A program made the translations under genes and the position numbers. DNA of 53,290 nucleotides, the filler included, from Jimgerdemannia flammicorona (Eukaryota): NCBI GenBank assembly GCA_003990765.1. It is 3 parts of 3 records of this genome, joined end to end, with 100 filler letters (N's around TTAATTAATTAA, not from the genome) between each part and the next. Parts side by side here need not be neighbours in the genome. Positions count along the whole stretch, not along the records: positions 1 to 17,699 come from RBNJ01002446.1; 2 more parts are not named here. One strand, given 5' to 3'. A model generated the notes under the pieces. The model saw only the letters and a program-made list of their open reading frames with translations, did not search any database and was not told the origin of the DNA. Positions 1-11,836 of this stretch are shown in pieces; the stretch's first letter is position 1, and each line of letters starts with the position of its first letter.

Positions 1-482
1 TTTAACTGGAACTGAGAGCTGATGTGGTAGCCTGTAGGCTTGATTAATAGGATATTGGGAAATTTCTCTTATCTTATATATAAGTCCTCTACTTATCTAA
101 TTGGAGAGAACTAGGTCCTACTCACTACTCTGTATTTTTTATAGAGTTTTTCTTTACCTATTACATAGCAGGAACTATTCTATTCAGCTCTGACGTAGTC
201 TTGTATATATGATTGAGATTTGGGCATATACCTTTAGTTATTAATATATAGTTACTTTCTCCCTAGTAGTAGGGAGAGTATGGTATATAGAATGAGGTGT
301 GGGCTGCCTATGCCCTACTCTGCCTTGTATGGTGGAGCTGCTGGACAATAGCTAGCCTAGGTTTAATGGGGGTATAATGCTTGAGAGAAGGTGGGGAAGA
401 GTTTTGGCCTATATAGTCTAGGTTTCCTTTTAATAAAAATTTACAGAACATAGAGTCTATTAAAAAAATAAATAAATAAAAA
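1..482 (+). mobile_element. 3' remnant of a LINE-like element (third family) ending in AATAAA and an A-rich tail
   Basis: Bases 141-470 align by eye with 25531-25551 plus 31417-31729 (e.g. GCTGCTGGACAATAGCTAGC and GTTTTGGCCTATATAGTCTAG). Both copies end AATAAAAAT...GAGTCTATT followed by an A run. Confidence 0.6.
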
Positions 483-1476
483 AGGTAGATAAGCTTAAGA
501 AATTTTTTATATTGAATAAGGAATCACCTAGAGTAATTATAATAAGAAAGATAATAAGAAAGATCTCTTAGTTAAAACCCATAAGGACTCCTTCAAGAAT
601 ATAAAAAACCAGAAGAAAAAAAGCCAGTCAAGGAGTGAAAGAAAGAGAGAAATGAAATTCAGAACCTCAACTCCAAGTTACCATTTGGTTGGACAAATTG
701 AAAAACTCACTATATATAAAAATTGGAATTACTTATAAGACAACAGAGGTTATATACTATAAAGTAACCAAGACTACTCATCCAAAGATAACATAAACTA
801 TCAGCTATAAGAAAAAAGAAGATATCTACTCTAAGATAGAAAGCTACTTCTCTGGAAAAGATCTGAGATTCTCTATCAAGTTTGGAGGAGTAACTATTTC
901 AGTAAATGTGATTGTCATAAATGCCACTAACTATAATATTCTCATTAACAATCAGTAGCTTCACAAGACTAAGGCTATAATTAATATAAATATCTAGAAG
1001 ATATAGATTGTCTACTGGGGGCAAAAGATGTGAATTTAAATCAATATCAACAAAGAAGTACTCTCAGATAGAGGAAGAAGATTGTGACCAATAAGAAGTC
1101 TATATAATAACTACTCAGAAAAAGATGAAGAAGATCAGAGAGATCAATAAAGAAGATTGATATAAGAAGATTGTCAAAGGATATACTCTATAAGGAGTTT
1201 ATCCTTATAGAATTCAGATATACTATATATATATATATAATTTATAGACAAGTATGAAAAGAAGACAGAAGTAGCAAGAAAAGGAAAATTAGGAGGATGA
1301 ATTACTAGCCCTTCTAGAAGATAGTAATGATGAAGAAGAAATCAAGATCATAATTTAGTGGATTTATCCTGATATAGTCTTGTTAGAATATAAGTCAGAA
1401 AATGCAGCTAGAATAGATATTACTAGAGTTGAAGAGATAGTTCTTGAACTATAGACAACTATTCTACTTATAACTA

Positions 1477-1486
1477 ATCTAGAGAT

Positions 1487-1490
<4 letters not shown>
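1477..1490 (+). repeat. Target-site duplication of LINE-1 (ATCTAGAGATGACT; partner at 7243-7256)
   Basis: Identical 14-mers flank the LINE. Confidence 0.95.
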
Positions 1491-1544
<54 letters not shown>

Positions 1545-1645
1545 TTTTTTTTATAGTTACTTGGACTCCTTTATTAGAATCTAATATAAAAAAACAAACT
1601 CTATGCCACAAATACTACAACAATAATGTACAAAGATAAGACCCT

Positions 1646-4600
1646 TCAGCCAATCTCTTTTTTCCACTGAACTCTCCTGTTTCCTAGAACTAAGTTACCT
1701 CAGCTCCTCTGTACAATGTTCTATATCTTCCTTAGAGCCCCCAGCTGTCACCACTTCTCTTGATATCACTACCCTTGTACCACCTCCCAAAGGAGCCACC
1801 TTCACTGCTCAACCAACTCACCTATTCCCATCCATGAGTTCTGTTTGAACACCCATCACCAATGTACCACCATTAAGATTCAGACTTCCAAAACTCAACC
1901 CATTCTACCCCAGATATCACCAGTCTCCCCCACCAGACACTGCTTGACTACCAGACTAGTGGGATCCCCTGGCTGCCCATTCTCAGAGCCCTAATACTCT
2001 TCTAGTGTCTGCCAATACTCTTCTAACACCCAGTATCTGAACCACCCCCCCATCTATCTCACTACACCACTCACATTCCCAACCACCTTCCACTCCCATC
2101 CAACTGGTCCTGTTGCCCAACATCACATTCCTCCTTAAGAAGCGCCACCATACTACCCAGTACTTAGGTGGTACAACTTTAAGGAAGAAGGCCCCCAGCT
2201 CCAGACCTGACCCCAATCCTAGTGTTCTCTGAATCCAGCCTTCTGCCAGCTAACTGGCCATCTCTCAAGTAGGCCAGACCTCATCCATTCCATTTCCTCA
2301 GACAGAGAGTACTCTACCAACCAGTACCCACCAATGTAAAGGTCCTCCAGCCACTACCATCACTGTTCCAGATCCTCACCCTCATCTATCCCCTGCCCTG
2401 TCAACCCCATAGCTAGCCAGACCTCTACAATACCCCATCAGAACTCCTTAAACCACAATCTACTAACCCTTTCCACCTGAAGCAACCCTCACATATCCTT
2501 TCAGACCTTACCACAGGGGCAGAACCTGATCTCCCAATTATCTATAGTCAGTCTGCTCCAACTATTCTCCCTCAACTCTATCAATTAATACCCCCACCAA
2601 TCTCTGAGTATCTTCAACCACCTCTGGAAGTCCACTAACCCCAGACTCCTATCTATCATCTGTAACACCACCATCTCCCAACCAAACTGCAGCCACTCTT
2701 CTTGCTATAACCATCCTTCCACTACCTTCTTCAGCCTCTGCACCACTCATTCAGAAAAATCCAGATGGTACTCCAAGTACCACAACTTAGGCAACCAGTA
2801 TATATTCAAAACCACCACTCTCCCAATTAAGGAGAAGCACCTCTCTGACCAATCTGTCAAAGTGCCCTCCCACTTCTATATTATACTGTACTACTACTCC
2901 TTCAGTAATACTGTCTCCTATACTAAAAACCAGATGTCCAAATATTGAACAGCATTCCCCATGGCCACTGTTTGTCCAAATCACCCATTCTCTCCCAAAC
3001 CAGCACTAAGCTCTATCATCTCACACTTACCCCTGTTCAATTTTGCTCCTGCCAGCCTCTCATACTGTTCTACTCCTTTCTGCAGGCTTTTCATATCCTC
3101 CAAACAGTCTAACCCTACCACTATATCATCAGCAAAAGCCCCCAGCTTTCAGACCACTTTACCCATCTGCAATCCAGTTAGCCACCCCTTCAGCCAAGCT
3201 AGCAAAGGCTCCAATGGGAGAATATGGAGTAGGGGGAAAAGGAGATCACTCTGTAGTATACCTCTCCCCAAGGCAAACTCGGGACCACTCCATCCATTCA
3301 TCAGTATAGCTACTTAACAGCCTTGCATCAGGCCCATCAATCTCCTTATATCTATCACACTGAATGCTGTTCTATAGCACTGCTTCCAAATAGTTCCACC
3401 ACACCCTGTCATATGTCTTCTCTTGGTCCAAGAAGACTATCTGCCCATTCACTTGTCTGCTCCTACAGTCCTTCAAGACATTCTGCACCTAGGCAGTAAT
3501 GTCTCTAATCTGCCACATTTTGACAAAACCAGGATAATCCTCACCTACCAATCTGCCAATCCACTACTGCATCCTCCCAGCCAGAATCTTAGACACCAAC
3601 TTTCTATCCACATTCAGTAGCATAATTGGTCACCAGTTTTGCCACACTCACCAATCTCCCTTCTCTTTATATAACAGAGTGACCAACTCTAAGAAACTAT
3701 TACCAATCCAGCTGCCTTCTCTCAGAACAAAGTTTGTCATTTTTACTAACTAGCCACCAAACTCAAACTGGAACTCCTTCCAGAATTTCCAAGACAGCCC
3801 ATCCTCCCCAGGTGAAGAATCTACCTATACTTTCCTCAACACCTTCACACCTCTTCAAGGGTCACTATGCCCATTACTGCTCCACCTATCTCAGGTATCA
3901 CTTCCACTGACCAACTGTCCACCAAATTGTCATTGTTTTCCAGCATCACCTCTCTCTCCACAGGCCCCCCATCATCCTGCCAGAGTACCTGCCATTGTCC
4001 TGAGAGCTTGTCCAGCATTCCCACAATTTTGATGACCTCAGCACCATCCTCTCACAATACTGAGGCCCAGCTGTGTCTTATCCTCCTGGCCTTCAAAACA
4101 TCTGATAAATATTTAGTAGGCCACTCTCCTTCTTCCAACTGTCTAGCCCACAGTCTTGCCAGCAGGCCATTTACCACTCTATCCTCAGCTGCCTTTAAAT
4201 CCAGCTGCAACTCAGCCACCTCTGCTACTAATTTGGAGTGCATCTCCCCAGACAAATTTTCCCCTTCCATCAACTCCAACCACTACTGCAGCTCTTGCTC
4301 AACTCTCCTCTTCTTATTCTTCTGCTCCTTTCCAGCTATCTGTCCAATATCATGCCAATAAGTACCAGCTAGGTGTTTAAATTTTCCCCACCACTACTCT
4401 ATTGGCTGTCCTTCAGCCTTCTACTGTGTCACCTCCTGTTGAGCAATTGCCACAAATTGTTCCCACTCTGCCTACTTTCTGAGAAGAGCTACATTGAGCC
4501 ACCAGTAGCCCCTACCCCACTGATAGCCTGAAACCTACCACACATCTCCACTCCCCAGTGATCTGGTCAAGGGCACCATCATACCTCATAGTATCTAGCA

Positions 4601-5249
4601 TATTTCCCCAGTATTCAGCCACCAGAAACCAATCAATCCTTGTTCACACCAGATCCTCATTGACAGAATACCACCAAGTAAAGGGCTCTGGCATTTCCTC
4701 TTGATACTGATGGACTCTATCAACCAATCCCATATCTCTCTCAACTTGAAGCCATCATGAAAGCCCAGCTAAGACTACCACACCCACCCCTTCATCAGAC
4801 CTATCCAATATCCTATCTCATACTATATTAAAGTTCCCTCCTAAAATGTCCAGCCCAACTCCCTCCCAGCTCTCTTAAGCCAGCCAACCCTCCACTCATT
4901 GCTTTTGCTCTCTGCCAACTACTGGAAGGTAAACAGAGCCCACCACCAATTCATTTTCAGCTCCTTCCTTCAGTCTATCCCCAATCAGTTGATCACTGTA
5001 AACTTCCACCTCTATCAGCTCACCTCTGCCAACACTAACCAATATGCCCACCTGCATATTCCAGCCAGTGCTACCATACCATTCCATACACCACCCTACA
5101 TAATCCTGCTCACTATAGGCTCTAATATTCTGAAGAAGCACTACATCATACCTCCTGACTTTCAGCCAATAAAACAGATACTGTTGGTTAATTTCATTAT
5201 ATAGACCATTGACATTTAGTAATAATATATGTAGACTGTTCATCATCAT
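1646..5249 (-). pseudogene. LINE ORF2 (APE endonuclease, reverse transcriptase, zinc finger), many stops
   Basis: ORF-track fragments 4896-5249, 4052-4279 and 1983-2216 are collinear with ORF2 of the copy at 35596-41404. Confidence 0.9.
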
Positions 5250-5269
5250 TAATAAAAATGTTTAAAGCT

Positions 5270-7074
5270 TCTTAGGAATTACCACCACCTTCTCTACTCT
5301 GCTATGGATAATTTTCTTTTATTCCTTACAGATAGCCCTCTAGATACAAGCTCCATTCCCACTGCCACAGAATATATCCACTCACTCTGATGTAACCTTT
5401 CTAATGTTAGCTATCCTGCCCTCATCAACATCATACCCCTCATTATTCAGAAGAGCTGTCACTATAACTATCACCAACTTTGGTCCCTATATAGATCTGT
5501 GAAATATATTCACTTCCTTGATGTCTTTCTCTGTAAGTTTCTCAAGCACCACCTGGTACCAGCTATCTGTCATCATCACCAGAGGCCCAGAGGTAGCAGA
5601 CCTAGGGGTCCTACTTAACTCCTGAAAATTCTCTCTATCTGCCAAGACATCAGAGGCCACATCTACCAGGTCATCCTCCTCAGTAATCTTCTCCAGCCTC
5701 ACTACCTCATCTGCCTCTGGACACTCCTAATACACATTCACCACCCCCACTATATGCTGAGTCTCTGGTACTATTTCTGTGATATCTTCAAAACCTCTCT
5801 CTCTCACCTCCTCCTTGTCAGCCCACTTCCCCATCAACAGTGCATGAACTGAACTCTCTACCCCCCCCAACTGCAAAAAGAATACCTCTGCTATCTCTAC
5901 CTCTTTTATCTGATTTTTGGCTGCTTCTGCCCTCACCACCTCCTCCTCTTTTGAACACTGGAGGACTATCTGCAGGCATTCCCAGTTCTCTTTCCACTAT
6001 CTCTTCCTCCTCCCATCTGTTGGAATCCAGATCCAGTCCTTGGCAAACTCCTCCTACCTTTGCTTCTACATATCCTTCACAGCCTCCCTCTCCTCCAGAG
6101 CTAATAACAATTCCTCCTCCTCCTACTCAGATCCCTTCCTCCTCCACACCTTGCACTCTTAACCACTAATACAAATCATCTCTGGCCAGTCCCTCTCTAG
6201 CCCTGTGGCCTCCTTGCTCTCCTGCCTCACCATCACCTCACAGTTGCCATTCCTTAGCTTGCTCTCTTCTCAGAATATGAAGCCAATATTGACCATCTCA
6301 CCAAAGCCCCCCAGTGCCTCCACCACTATCTCCTTAGTCTCCTACCTCACCAGAGTTGGCAATCCCTCCACTATGAGATATATGGCATGTAGGTCTCATC
6401 TGAGACACCTTGTTATCTCAATCTTGATACTCTTGTCCACCAATCCTTTCTCCAGAGCCTTCATCAACTCTTCTTCTTTGACAAAGTCAATCTCCACTAC
6501 CTCTTCCAATGGGATAAAATTCAGTAACTCTACACCAGCAACCTCCTCATCCACCAGCTACAGAACCTCTCTAGCAGACATACCCAGCCTCAAGAAGTTC
6601 ACTGAGATTTCCCAGGTCAATACCAATTTGTGGAAGAATGGACACACTATTAGTTCACCACAGCCAGCTGTCATCATCACCTTCTCTTTACTCCCAGAGA
6701 CTTCTGCAGTCACTCCTCTTACCCTAGTAAGCCTACTAGCTATCCCTCTACCAGCCACTGGCCCAGTCCTAGAAATGCCAGTACCAGTCATCACACCATC
6801 AGACCCCTGTCCCCTGTTGGTCACCTGACCCATCATCTGACCCAGCACCTGACTCCTACCCCTGCCTCCCCTGCTCTACCACTTGGGGCCTGGCTACTGC
6901 CCTCCTACCCCCTATTACAGTGCACCAACCTTCAATACCCACAGATCTCCCCTGACCTCCAGATCCTCCTGCTGTACTATCTGCTTCAGTTGTCATTACA
7001 TAGCTCTTGGGGAGGTCTAGGCCAAGCCTTCTCCTCTTTAGATACTTAGAGTGTAATGAACTTTGGCTTACCAT
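5270..7074 (-). pseudogene. LINE ORF1 remnant
   Basis: Fragments 6856-7074, 6558-6848, 5727-5939 and 5487-5702 match ORF1 fragments at 39428-41220 (PFFHKLV, FLQLGGVE, DVASDV). Confidence 0.75.
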
Positions 7075-10000
7075 TTGCTCAAAAATGATCAGAATTTAGT
7101 AAAACTTACTGTGTCTTAAAGCTTGACCTCTGTTGCACCTGATACACCTGAGTGTATAATGTAAAAACTTGAAAATATCATAAAGATACTTGTGTGGCTT
7201 AGCTTAGTCTGTTTGGTTCAAGCAAAAGAAGTCCAACCCTTTATCTAGAGATGACTATTCTCAAGAATCATATCAGAATACTCAAATTAAGGAGCAGTCT
7301 AGCTAAAATGAAATTTTGATTAAAGGAGGAGTTATCAATTCTAGTTATATTAGAGAAATCCTACTTATTGTCAGAAATCACAATCTTACAATTCTATTTG
7401 TAGTCAAGAAGAAGAATCAACTTATACAAATACTAATCTTTTAGTACTACAACCCAGGATCATAGAAGTAAAGCAGCTAAAGGAAATAGGAAGAGAAAGA
7501 AAAGAATTCAGATATATAGAAAGAGAAGTTTTTATTAGTACTAAATTACCAAATTAGACTATAAAAAGGAGAAAATTACAGATAAGTACTACTATACTAT
7601 TGGAAATAAATTCTCATTCAAGAGGGAACCTAAGTAGATATTGTATAAATTTTAAGATATCCTTAAGAATATTAAAGAAAAGATACTATACTACTATCAT
7701 AATCAAGATATGGATCCAATCTACTAAATAGCAAGACCAATTTCAATAGTATATCATGAATAGTTTAGAGAAGAGATCAAGCAGATATAAGAAGCTAGCA
7801 TTATTATGAATGCTATAAATCCATAGTTCTCACCAATTATACTGACTCTGAAAAAAGAAAGCAAGCTGGAAGAATTTGTCTCAAAACTCTATACAGACTA
7901 TAGAAAGCTCAATGAGATTGCTAAGAAAGATCACTAACTACTACTCCTCATCAGTAATATTCTAGAAACACTAGGAGATGAAGTATAATACTATATTATC
8001 TTATATTTATACTCAGAATTCTATCAAATTAGTCTCACCAAAGAAGTCAGCCTTCATTATCTCAGATGGAATCTATGTCTAGCTTCAAATACTATTTAAA
8101 TATCTAATATCTCAGTAAGTTTCCAGAGAATAATGAATAAGAAAATAGATAATAGTCTATATAGATTATATAATTATCTTCAGTAAGACAGTTAAAGAAT
8201 ATCTGAACTATATCAACTAAATCTTGCAGATATTGAGAGAGTATAATATATTCATCAAGTCTAAGAAGTATAAATTTGCAGAAATTGAAATCTCCTATCT
8301 TGGACATATTTTCAATAAGACTGAAACCCATACAGACTCTATTAAGATTTAAGCAGTGATACCCTAAGACCTACCACAGTTACTGAAGCTCAAGCATATA
8401 TGAGACTTACTACTTATTATAGAAGGTTTATTAAAGTATTCAACAATATTACACATTATATCTATATATAAACTATTTAGGAAGAATACTAAGTTTCAAT
8501 GAACCAGCAGGTAGTAATAAGCTTTTGAATATCTCATAGTCTGATTGATCCAAGCACTCATCTTGAGAAGGTCTAACTAGTCTTAAGAATTGATCTTATA
8601 GAGAGATATGTATAAGCTAGAAGGATATAGTTGAATATATAATTATCTATAGAACTTGTAGAGGAGAAAGAGAATATGAATCCTATAAGTTGAAGTACTT
8701 TATAGTTATTTAGACTATAGAAATATTATACTACAACCTCACAAGAAGATACTTTACTATTCTGACTGACCATTCAGCTCTCACTTAGCTGTTAATCATA
8801 AGCAAACTTAAAGGAATATTTGCAAGTTAGATCATAAAGCTATATATAAGTCTATGACATCATATACATATTACCTAAAAAGAGCTAATACTAATATAGA
8901 TACTTACTTACAGATATTCCAAAGAATCTGCAATCAGTAAAACCAAAATGAAATAAGAAACTCTTCTACAGAATTATTAACTATTTGGGAGAGTAAAAGA
9001 AATTTCAATATCTGAAAGAATAGATATAAACAATTATCAACAGAATCTGAAAACAATTTGAAACTAGTAAAGATATAATAAAAAAAGAAAAATTACTAGT
9101 TAAATCAGAATATAAGAAGAAATAAGTAATAAAGTTAGTATATAAAGTTAGTGATCTAGAAGAAACAAATACCTATAATAAAGTAAGAAGAAAAATATAC
9201 TTAGTAGTCAGGAATAGTGAAAGATATTAGATAATTTATCAAGACCTATGATAAATGCCAAAAATAGAAGCAATCAAATACTAAGGTCAGTAGATATAGA
9301 ATCATTATTATTTACTCATATTGTAATAAATATTTATAATTAGTCTCCTATCTCTGATATTAACTAGTAACTAATATGTCATTATTATTATAGACCTCTT
9401 TATGAAATAGATTGAAGCAGAATCTCTCACAGAAGCCAATATACAGTCAATTACTGATTTCTTCTATAGAGAAATTGTCTGCTGATTTAAGACTTCAGAA
9501 AGAGTAATAATGGATAGAGGAAAAGAATTTATGAACCAGCTCTTTAAGATTTTCTACAAGAATTATAAGATTTGATACATTAGAATCATAGCTTATCATT
9601 CTTAGAAAAATAGATAGATAGAAAGAACCAATAAGACTCTCAAGAATATTATTACTAGGATCTATAATAACTATGAAAATTGGGACCACTATCTGTCAAT
9701 AGCATTATCTGTCTGAGATATATAATTATAAAGTACCCACTTTACCCCTCAGAAATTATTATTTAGAGAAGAAAGTTCTGAAAGAACTCTATTATCTAAT
9801 GAGATATAGTTTAAAATAAGTAGATACTGAGATATAGCGAGTACACCTAATAAGAAATAAGATAGAAGATTATATAATTAAGATACAGGTATTATATTAT
9901 ATAGAATAATATAGAGAAGATCTATAAGTCCTTAGAGATTATCAAGATAGGAGATGAAGTTCTAGTATATTAAAATATGGTGGAAGCTTCAGAGTTATAA

Positions 10001-10126
10001 AAACTAGAGCTCAAGTAGAAAGGACTCTATCTTATGCAAAATCAAAAGAAACTGTCTTTTGGTTATAAAAATTATCAGATATAATTATCTCTATTACTAC
10101 CTACTGAAACTAACTCAAAAAGTACC

Positions 10127-10600
10127 ATAGCTAGCTAATGAAGTACTGCCATAGCTCTTAAGATTACAAGTAATACTCAGTAAGCTATAGAGAGACAATA
10201 GTGTTCTACTAAGTCACCAGCTATAGAGAAATCCTTTAACAATATTCAAAGCATCATACAGATTTATATATTTTATATTTTATACTTTAGAGTTTACTAA
10301 AATCATGCTGAGTTTCAAGAATACTTCAAGTTGAGACAATTACTAAACAAGATGAAAGACTTGACTAAAGTGAATAGATTATCAAGTATCAGATATTCTA
10401 CTCCCAAATTACTATTACCAAGTAGGTCTAAAAAATATTTAAAGATGATAAGTAAGCTCTGATCTATTTCTGAGAAATAGTTTTAAGAGATTTCTAGTAG
10501 GTAAAAAGACCTCATTGAGAGAATATAATTAAGCAGATTATAAAGTATAAGAATATATAATTGATCAAAGTATAGAAGATTGCATATAATAATTTATAGT
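10127..10600 (+). pseudogene. Extra ORF downstream of the integrase in Gypsy A, function unknown
   Basis: STAIALKITSNTQ*AIERQ*...IQSIIQ...EFQEYFKL matches the frame at 11393-11836 in element B. The end is approximate. Confidence 0.6.
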
Positions 10601-10615
10601 TAAAATCTCTTATTT

Positions 10616-10909
10616 AGGAGAAAATTATAAAGATTGATCCAAATTAGAAATAATAATAAAAAGATAGATATATATTTAATTAAATATAATATCTGAATTT
10701 AATTTCTGATATAGTATATATAATAGTATTATAGTTTAGTGGTTACTCAATCTTATTGTTATATAATTTTTATAATTATATAAAGTATAACTATGTGAAA
10801 TTCACAATTATATAGATTATACAAATGTATAATTTATATAGATATACAGATCTCTCAACTATAAAAAATAACTTACAAGAAAATAAGTCCTAACTTAGTT
10901 ACTATATAG
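10616..10909 (+). repeat. Polypurine tract and partial 3' LTR of Gypsy A
   Basis: TATTTAGGAGAAAATTATAAAG...CCAAATTAGAA aligns to the B junction TATTCAGGAGGAAGTTGTAATAG...CCAAATTTGGAA. It abuts the end of the B LTR. Confidence 0.5.
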
Positions 10910-11356
10910 TGTAACATAGCAGATGCTTAATCTTGAAAGTATGTTGGATTTCTATATCTTGGAATCTTGATCTTCTTTGACTTCACAGTGTCCTTGAAAT
11001 ATAGGAGTGGGTGAGTTCAAAGTATATCTGCCCACAGGCTTACTAGTTCCTTTGCTTTCTCTTTGCTTTGAACTATTTTGATCTGTGGTTTATTCACTCT
11101 AAGATACTGGGTTATTTATATAAGTTTGTTAGCTATGAAGTGGGTGGCTAAGTTATGAGTTATTTCAAAAAATTGAAATATTTCAATATTGTAGAAATGC
11201 TATACTATATTGGGTCTTCAATTTCAAATCTTTTGAAATATTTAGAAATTGTCAAAATCAGGAACTGCTAACTATAAGGCTATACTAATTTGGGACTGGT
11301 GGCAATCAAGTATCTATTCTCTATATCCTTCTTCCAAATTTGGTTCTACTATTACA
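10910..11356 (-). repeat. 3' LTR of Gypsy B (447 bp)
   Basis: Begins TGTAATAG right after the PPT CAGGAGGAAGT, ends TGTTACA, and contains TATATAAATA near 11114-11123. There is no 5' LTR in the contig to confirm it. Confidence 0.7.
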
Positions 11357-11392
11357 ACTTCCTCCTGAATAGATGGTCTCATCTCTGAAACA

Positions 11393-11836
11393 TTAATTCA
11401 AATTTCCAGGCCTCAACAGTCTACATGGTCTTTTACTGTACAATCTGTTGTATCACCTTACTAGCTTGAAATCAGTAGGAGTTATTTCTTACAGATGGGC
11501 TAGTACTGGTTTATCATCTCAAAATAACTTATGAATTCTTTTGGAAATGGTGATTTGTGAATAGAAGAGCTAACACTCTGCAATCCAATTATTCCTAGTT
11601 ATTTCTAGGCTCTTATTAAGTATCAGTCCAAGTTTGAAGTACTCTTGGAACTCTGTCTGATGGTGATAGATCTTAAAGTGTGAAATTTGAGAGAGATGGG
11701 TCTGTATGATACTTTGGATACTATCATAAGATCCTTCTATAGTCAGGGGTTCTGTGGTGTTCCATTGTCTCTCAATGGTGCTTTGAGCAGCACTAGTGAT
11801 CTTGAGTACTGTTGCTGTACTTCAGTTATAGACTAT
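11393..11836 (-). pseudogene. Extra ORF of about 148 codons overlapping the integrase end in Gypsy B, function unknown
   Basis: STATVLKITSAAQSTIERQWNTTEPLTIEGSYDSIQSIIQTHLSQISHFKIYHHQTEFQEYFKLGLILNK...ISKRIHKLF*DDKPVLAHL*EITPTDF, conserved in element A. Confidence 0.7.

Larger units (their letters stand above)
1491..7242 (-). mobile_element. Full-length L1/Tx1-like LINE, subfamily I (LINE-1), nonsense-mutated
   Basis: Poly(T) at about 1491-1552 and a 14-bp TSD. ORF2 has an APE endonuclease start (LLLNVNGL), SPGEDG, LDQEKTYDRV, FADD and a C-terminal CEWC zinc motif. ORF1 lies upstream. Confidence 0.95.
1339..7520 (+). pseudogene. dUTPase domain of Gypsy A, split by the LINE insertion (1339-1490 and 7257-7520)
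   Basis: EIKII..IYPDIVLLEYKSENAARIDIT...TNLEMT resumes after the LINE as ILKNHIRILKLRSSLA...GGVINSSYIREI, matching element B residue for residue. Confidence 0.8.
483..10909 (+). mobile_element. Ty3/Gypsy LTR retrotransposon A (protease-dUTPase-RT-RNaseH-integrase-extra ORF-partial 3' LTR), very heavily mutated, interrupted by a LINE at 1491-7242
   Basis: Collinear with the better-preserved element B. Recognisable pieces: protease C-half (about 870-1050, NYNILINNQ*LHK from YDILIGNQWL), dUTPase split at 1490/7243, RT LYTDYRKLNEI (about 7888-7920), RNase H TDHSALT*L (about 8765), integrase. Left boundary is approximate. Confidence 0.85.

Noticed and set aside
2961..6828. Ser/Pro/Thr-rich plus-strand ORFs here and opposite the other LINEs (e.g. 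6205-6828, 27013-27462, 40146-40769)
   Set aside because: Antisense shadows of G-rich LINE coding strands; no independent evidence for an antisense gene.
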